The notes beneath the pieces were generated by a model. The model was not told where the DNA came from, did no database searches, and saw only the letters and a list, made by a program, of their open reading frames with translations. Both the position numbers and the translations under genes were made by a program. A stretch of 64,000 nt of DNA from Eimeria praecox (taxonomy: Eukaryota): contig OY986946.1 of assembly GCA_963920595.1 (NCBI GenBank), positions 7,564,001 through 7,628,000 of the forward strand, given 5' to 3'. Positions 57,897-64,000 of the stretch are shown here, one piece after another (the first letter of the stretch is position 1; each line of letters opens with the position of its first letter).

Positions 57897-60591
57897 TCAG
57901 ATGTTCATGTCCTCAATGTCATCTGGCCAATAGCTTTGCCTCAAAAAGGTTAAAACATCTGCCATATTGAAATCGCCAAATTCTTCTTCCATAGCAAGAA
58001 TGTCCTTGTCTGCATCTCTCGCTAACAGCAGCTGTATAGATACCAGCCCCGTCTCTGGCGGTGGAGTGTTTCTACAGCTGGTGCATGCTACCCGTGGGGG
58101 CCACCTTGTGTCGCAGTTTGCATAATTAACAGCGCCGGCGTTGCCCTTCACGAAGGCAAGCGTGGCATCAGCAGCAGTACGTACAGTCACCGCATTGTGA
58201 AACCTCCACAGCCACAGCTTGAGTTCATCCATCTTGCTGGCCTCCGCGTGCCTTTCCGTCCATGCAGAAATTGCACCCCTACGTTGCCCCCTAAACTCCT
58301 CAAGAAGGGAGCGATCACTTCCTCTTCGCACGGATAACCCCGTCTCTTCCTGGTTGTGTGAGGCCATGCCTGCAGTACGTGGCAAGCGGATAAGCGCACC
58401 TCCCGCAGGAGGGGAAAGTGCATCTAGCCCGTGACTGCGCCTCGAAAATAGCAGAGTAAAGTGTTTCCGGCATGCACTGCAGCCAAAAAAACGCTGCAGG
58501 AAGTTGTAAATGGCGTGAGAGACTTCGAAGGCGGGGACGATCATACAGCCCAAGGAAGGGTTCTGCTCAATTAGCGCATCCTGTGCATATGCCCCATACC
58601 AAGCGCACAAAACAAACTGAGGCATGAACAATGCGAGCAATTAAATAGGGCATACTCCATGTGGGCAAGCTGCAACGCCTACAAGCGGAAACACTCCACG
58701 TACTCCTGCCATGAACCTAGTATTAGCACAAGCGCGCATTTTGTACGCTCTACAGTGTAAGTACGCTGAAGCCTCAAGTGCAAATAAGTTTAGCAAAGAA
58801 GGGTGACTGACAGTTGACAAAGTTGCGGTGCCAATAATTTGTTCAAGATCGAAAGGTCTTCGCTGCTGCTGCTGCTGTCGTAGGAGGTAAATCGGAAGGG
58901 ACTGTCCTTTTCTTTTGAAAAATAGCTCGTCTGGTCCGCACTTGGGGTGTGCGTTCACCTTAGCGGAGAGCTCCCTAGCCCCCTCTGCTAGCACATGCAT
59001 AAGCATCCATACGCTGCATGTGATGGTCGTGCAATGCTTTAACCTCGGCTCCTCCAGGGGAGGGAGCGGCAGCGCCTCGGCACCGAATGCCAAAGATCCT
59101 ATCCATTTCCGCCAATCCGCTGTTCTTAAACCCTTAGAAGAAGAGAGATTGTCATCGATCTCTCTGTACACCTCAAGATACTTCGAGAAACGTTTATGTT
59201 CTTCTGAGAGGGATTCAAGCTCCCCCAAAGGTAGGTCGTCTGGAAGGACCTGCATGGAGTTCTGCAGATGGATAATCGCATGCGCAGCTGCCCTCTTGAC
59301 CGACCTGATGGGTACCACAGCCCGCACTATTTCGAGCAGATCAATTAAGGCAAACTGCTCAGCAAAGCTCATGCGCTCCCTTCGCGTAAAAACCCAGCTC
59401 GCCAAAATGAACTGTAATCCCCTAATTCCGTCGTGTAGACGCGCTCGAGCAGAAACTGCCGTAGGTGCCTCACGACCGCCCATTGGTACACTGTTTCTTT
59501 CAACGTCACGGCCGTCCTCCTTCTCTTGCTGGACCACAGAGGAGTCATGCGCCGCAAGTTCCGGCATTTGCTCGGATCCCCATCTGTACGAACTACACGG
59601 AATGCCGCGCAGATGCTCGAATGCGGCGATGTCGCCTCCCAATGTCAGCTGGCTGCAGGGGGAATCAGCAGAAGCAAATGGAGAAGGAAAATGCATTAAT
59701 TCGATGCCGAATTCGTGTGAACAGCAAAGAAAGGAGGGCAGAACCTTATTCCACAGCTTACAGTTCGTTCTTTTCAATTTTTTGCCGCGTTTTTCGAGCC
59801 GCATATTGCACGGCGAGATAGATGTCATCGCTGGGGAGTGCAAGGGAATGAATTGCGAAACCTTCCGGACGTGATGCGTCAAACGAATCCAACACGCCTC
59901 CGTCGTGCATCCCAGGGAACTCCAAATGCAAATTTCCCTCAAGTGATGTATTCTGCTTAGGATGCTGCTCGGAGGCCGGTAGTTGTAGGTGCAGGGACGC
60001 CGGGACAAGCAGTTTGATGGAAGGCAGCGCGAATATGCCTAAGCTGCCACAAATATCCATGGTACCTTCGTCTTCCATGCAGTTCAGTGCCCCAAAGTGA
60101 AAGCGAGGATGAAGATCCATTGCTAGTTGCGAAAACGTCTTCCTGTACGAAAAACAATGCGGGCACCACGCAGAGTAAAACATCATTATCAAGCCCTTTC
60201 CGGCAAGCGTTGCCTTCACCATAACCCGCCGATACTCTTCCGCCGTAATAGCCTCTTCTACTATCGGGTCTGGTGCAAACATGCGCCTGTGTCCGCGTTT
60301 TTGCTTTAACGTTGGATATGCCACCGCAGCGGCGCCTGACGGGGGTGCTTGGGGAAAGGATGCCTCATTTCCGGCTCTTGAAGAAGCTGCATCCTCATCG
60401 GCAATAGTTCGACCCGCATAACCTGCGGAGGATGTCTGGTGTGCCGTAGAAGGGACTTGCAAGGAGGCCCAGGCCTCTCCTATTGCCTGCTGGGGGCGGC
60501 CGAGAAGAAAGGTGAGATTCAGCAGGGAAAGCAGCGTGAAGCTAAAGGTACCCACCCCACCCAAAGTGGTGTTATAAGGTTGATACCTCAT
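57897..60591 (-). CDS. Quiescin-sulfhydryl oxidase (QSOX)-like protein: thioredoxin plus Erv/ALR domain
   Basis: N-terminal hydrophobic signal/anchor; thioredoxin FYSAWCPHC..ALNC..ICG..GIFALPSIK (exon 60591-59762); CSVWMLMHVL (exon 59652-~58812); Erv domain FFGCSACRKHF, LWLWRFHNAV and WPPRVACTSC (exon ~58580-57897). Confidence 0.9.
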
Positions 60592-61337
60592 CAGCTGCGT
60601 CTGTAGACTTTAGACGTTGTTGCTACTGAAATTGGGCGAGTGCAAACCCACACAGGCAGTGGGAAAGGTGCGGGGTACAGTTGAGTTGAGTAATGGGGAT
60701 TAATGCGCCACTATACAGGATTAGTGTATTTGAATTTAGCCTTGAAATGCAAGCAAATGTCCTCGAAACTGGGAGATTTGCAGCTGGCTTTAGACAAGGT
60801 GAATCGTTGGCGGGCGACAAAGGCCGCGGAGACAGGAGCCCTATTTGCCTTTTGCAGCGTAACTCTCAAATGATCAAAGCATGCGTCCAAAAACAAGAAT
60901 GAAAAGTGTTAAGGCTAAAGACAATATCGCATTTAGGTTGTTAACCTGAAGTTTGGATGGTTGGAGAAGTAAAACACGGGCTGAAGGAAGGTGGTCAGTT
61001 GGCAACTGCATCCTGACACCCACTCGTCGTTCACCTTCCGTCGGCGCTTCCGGATTTTTTGGAATGAAAACGTACTATTTAAAAATATATACAAAACAAT
61101 GCTCCTATTTACCCATTCGTCATCGTTTCCACGCAAACTGTCCAGATCTTTGTTTCCAAAACGGTCGCGGGGCCCGCTCGTATTTGCAGGTAAGAAGAGG
61201 CGGGGGGGCCAGTACCTGTCCACCATCTAGCACTCATTAAATTAGCCCATTTGGGACTCTTGTGTTGCAATCGAGAGTTTGGCAACAATTTCCTATTATC
61301 TACCGCGATGAAGGTGCACTAACCTCTTGCAGGGTGT

Positions 61338-63750
61338 TGTAACGAGAGTCCTCGTATAGCGTGCCCTCCGTGTTGCTATGCTTGTATCTCTGCTAGCGCT
61401 GGGGTTCACTATGGAGGGCCTAGTAAATGCTTAAATGCACTCTGGGCCAGAGATTGCACTGCTATCACATGTAGCGAAGGCTTCAGCTATACATCTGTAG
61501 TATGGCCTGAGCGATGTTGGTGCTCCTAACCCCATTTACTTTCAGGAGGGCATCGATGGTCAAGCAAATGCTTAAAGACACACTAAACTACAATCTGCAA
61601 CGCTGGCGCGTTCAACAAGTTATTGGCTGTGCGTGCATCGAGGGCTTCCTTGCATCAGTAGCTGCATTACAGTGCGTTGCAACCCATGACAGGCCGGCCC
61701 GTGTTCGCGCCTCTCCAAGCCCATAGGCATCTGTGTCCAGGAGGCTTCAAGGCTGGAGTGGAGCGTGGCTGATTTGACAAACTAATCCATTAGGTCTTTG
61801 GCCCTGTTGCAGCTCCAAACGGTCTTCAGGTAAGGCCGAAGACGCTCGCCGCATTTGGCAGATGCCAGTAGCGAGTTTCATCTCCACAGCGGGGTGGGCT
61901 GGTGCATTGCACTCATTAGTGACCAACGACCTCTGCTAAAAAATAACTTTCAGGTATTCTCCCTAAAGTTTTTGTCAAAGTCTCTGCCTTTCCTCTCACG
62001 TAACCGTGGTTGATCAAGATCTGGCCTCCCGTGGGCAGTTAGGAGACGGCCAACAGTTGGGCGCCACACTGCACTGGAACAAACACAGTATCACCACTTC
62101 ATCCGGCTGAAAATGTGTCTTGCAATTCTTGAGGGGTTCCTTCGCCTATTCCGGCCTTCCAGGTATGACTGGTGTTAAGAAGTACGGGCAGTGGAGCAGT
62201 TTCTTCATTCCGTAAAGTTGTACTGTCGTCGTCAAAGTGCACCCGAAGAGCTGCAGTTGCTATTGGCGTGCTCCATAGAAGAAGGGGAAGCACGAAAATG
62301 GCGATTATATCTAAGAAAGGTCATCACATTTCCGGAGCACATGCGGAGTATGGAAACCTTCCGACACGCGCTGCGATGTTGGTTTATCCCTAGGCTAATA
62401 AAGGGAATGTCCATGGCAGTACTGATAAAACTCAAGCAAGCGAAGTTGTCGATGGTCAAACTGTGGGGGTTGTGATTACATGCGGCCGGCGCTTATTGAA
62501 GCACCGGTCAAGCGACAACTTCGCTTGTTTCGGTTAAACCCCACAGTTGACTGGGCGTTTTTATGCCTATGATTCAAAGCACAGCAGCCTACTGGAGAAA
62601 GGAAATCATTAGTAGGCGAGCACGTGGACAGGGACTGAGGAAGAAAGTCATATGGCATACTCACGCATGAAAAAGAGAAAAAACCGCTGCCCCCACCCCA
62701 GCTAAGAAGGAAGAAAATAGTTTTCAGAAATGGCCCAGATAATGAAGCAGTGGCGAATAGGGCAGCGAGTGTTAGCTGTTCTCAGGGAGACCTGAGAAGC
62801 GGAGAACAGATGAAAGCCGGCAAAGCCGGCACTCAGAAACCCTGAAGGACATACCGAGGCGCGAACCTGCTTCCTTTGCAACATGCAAGGTCACATAATT
62901 CGGGCTTATAGCAGCATGGAAACAGTTGAGGTGCAAGACTCTGAGCAGCGCCACAGGGTAACTAATAAAAGATCGACCAAACTGTCTAGCCTGTAAACGG
63001 CGTGCGAAGCAGCGATTAGGCGAAGATTGCTAACTGCTGCACTTGCGGATCAGGCTTCAGTGAACTCTTTGCTTATTCAAGTTTACGTTGATGGTCAGGA
63101 GTTGCTAGCCCTTTTTGACCCAGGCTGCGAAGTGGATTTGGCATCTGAAGCTACGGCGCTGAGGAGTGGCGCAACAGTCTATTGACGCAGCATATTGGTC
63201 TATTCGTTGGCGCAGCTCCTACGGCTAGGATCCGCTGATGGCACATGGGGACACGGGAAGAGGAGAATACCTGGGCATAAAATGCGAACTCAATTCAGAA
63301 GTATGCTGTGCTGCCGTGATACAGGGATTTTATGTTGAGCTTGTTCACCAAGACATAATCTTAGGCAACTGAGTAAAGCGTGTGCATGGGGTGTCCAGAT
63401 GACACTATCGAGATTTATATACCGGGTTGCAATGAGAGAGTGCGAATCGAAGCTGCCACGCTGCCGAAACATCATTTGCAGAATCTATGATAAGAGTGTA
63501 GCCCGTGTCCCCAGGAAAAATGGGCGGGCAGGCTGCACCGGAGTGCAAGGCGATGCAGGGAAAGAAGGAGAAATGCGTGCACTGCGTGTGGATTTAGTAT
63601 GCTGACGGAGGTTTTGCGCAATTCGCCCCATTTAAGACACGAAGAAAGCCAAGAGTGAGCAGAATTGATGGAAACTCTCAGACGCACTCTAAAACGGTGA
63701 GCTTCCAGCCAGTCTCTGTGTCGCTAGCACCAGTTGTAGTGAAAAAAGCG
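61338..63750 (+). mobile_element. Decayed, 3'-truncated Ty3/Gypsy element related to the 34-43 kb chromovirus
   Basis: LTR-homologous segments at about 61400-61480 and 61560-61705 match the reverse complement of 43297-42961 and 34712-34334 (e.g. tgcttaaagacac.ctaaactaca). Gag EEGEARKWRL..FRHALRCWF (62191-62475), knuckle CFLCNMQGH (~62868), protease VYVDGQELLALFDPGC (~63080) and RT start APVVVKK (~63730). Boundaries are approximate. Confidence 0.8.
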
Positions 63751-64000
63751 TTTTCGGAATTAAGGTAAACGAGTTTTGGGAATGAGTTCAGGTACCCGAT
63801 GAGGCTTCTGCTAGTTTCTTATTCGTTCTCTGTTCAGATACATTGCTTGTTCTACCACCGCTTCTCTCTTAACAGCTGCATAGCACGTTGCAGTTGCCGT
63901 AGGTGGCCCTGCACATTGGGGCTTAAGACAGGCACGCCGCTCGTGCATATATTCACTCACCGCTCATTGATTGACCCCATCAAGTCCCGATCTACTTGCA

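Noticed and set aside
63735..63750. TGTAGTGAAA resembling another LTR terminus
   Set aside because: It falls within codons for PVVVKK at the expected start of RT, and no matching end or TSD is in the window.

Overview
This is eukaryotic, intron-containing DNA with the signature of an eimeriid coccidian (Eimeria/Cyclospora-like): CAG repeats in exons and introns, scattered telomere-like AAACCCT heptamers and TGCATGCA octamers. Recognisable genes are cytochrome c, a multi-EF-hand protein, ferrochelatase, an RIIa-domain (RIIAD1-like) protein, a kinesin-8-like motor, dyskerin/CBF5, Lsm6, IFT52, a large Q-rich coiled-coil protein and a QSOX-type sulfhydryl oxidase. The accessory content is Ty3/Gypsy LTR-retrotransposon DNA. 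At 34.3-43.3 kb there is a three-level nest: a decayed full-length chromovirus on the minus strand (tRNA-iMet-like PBS) has its RNase H split by a solo LTR with a CCAGG target-site duplication (TSD), and that solo LTR is split by a younger 2.66-kb two-LTR gag/protease-only element (tRNA-Pro-like PBS). A further TSD-flanked solo LTR lies at 54.5 kb, and a truncated relative of the outer element at 61.3-63.8 kb. The most unusual observations are the palindromic 5-bp TSDs and shared 5' terminal hairpin of the younger LTR family, GC-AG introns, and a C/D-box/kink-turn hairpin just downstream of dyskerin. All calls were made by eye; no alignment or database search was run.
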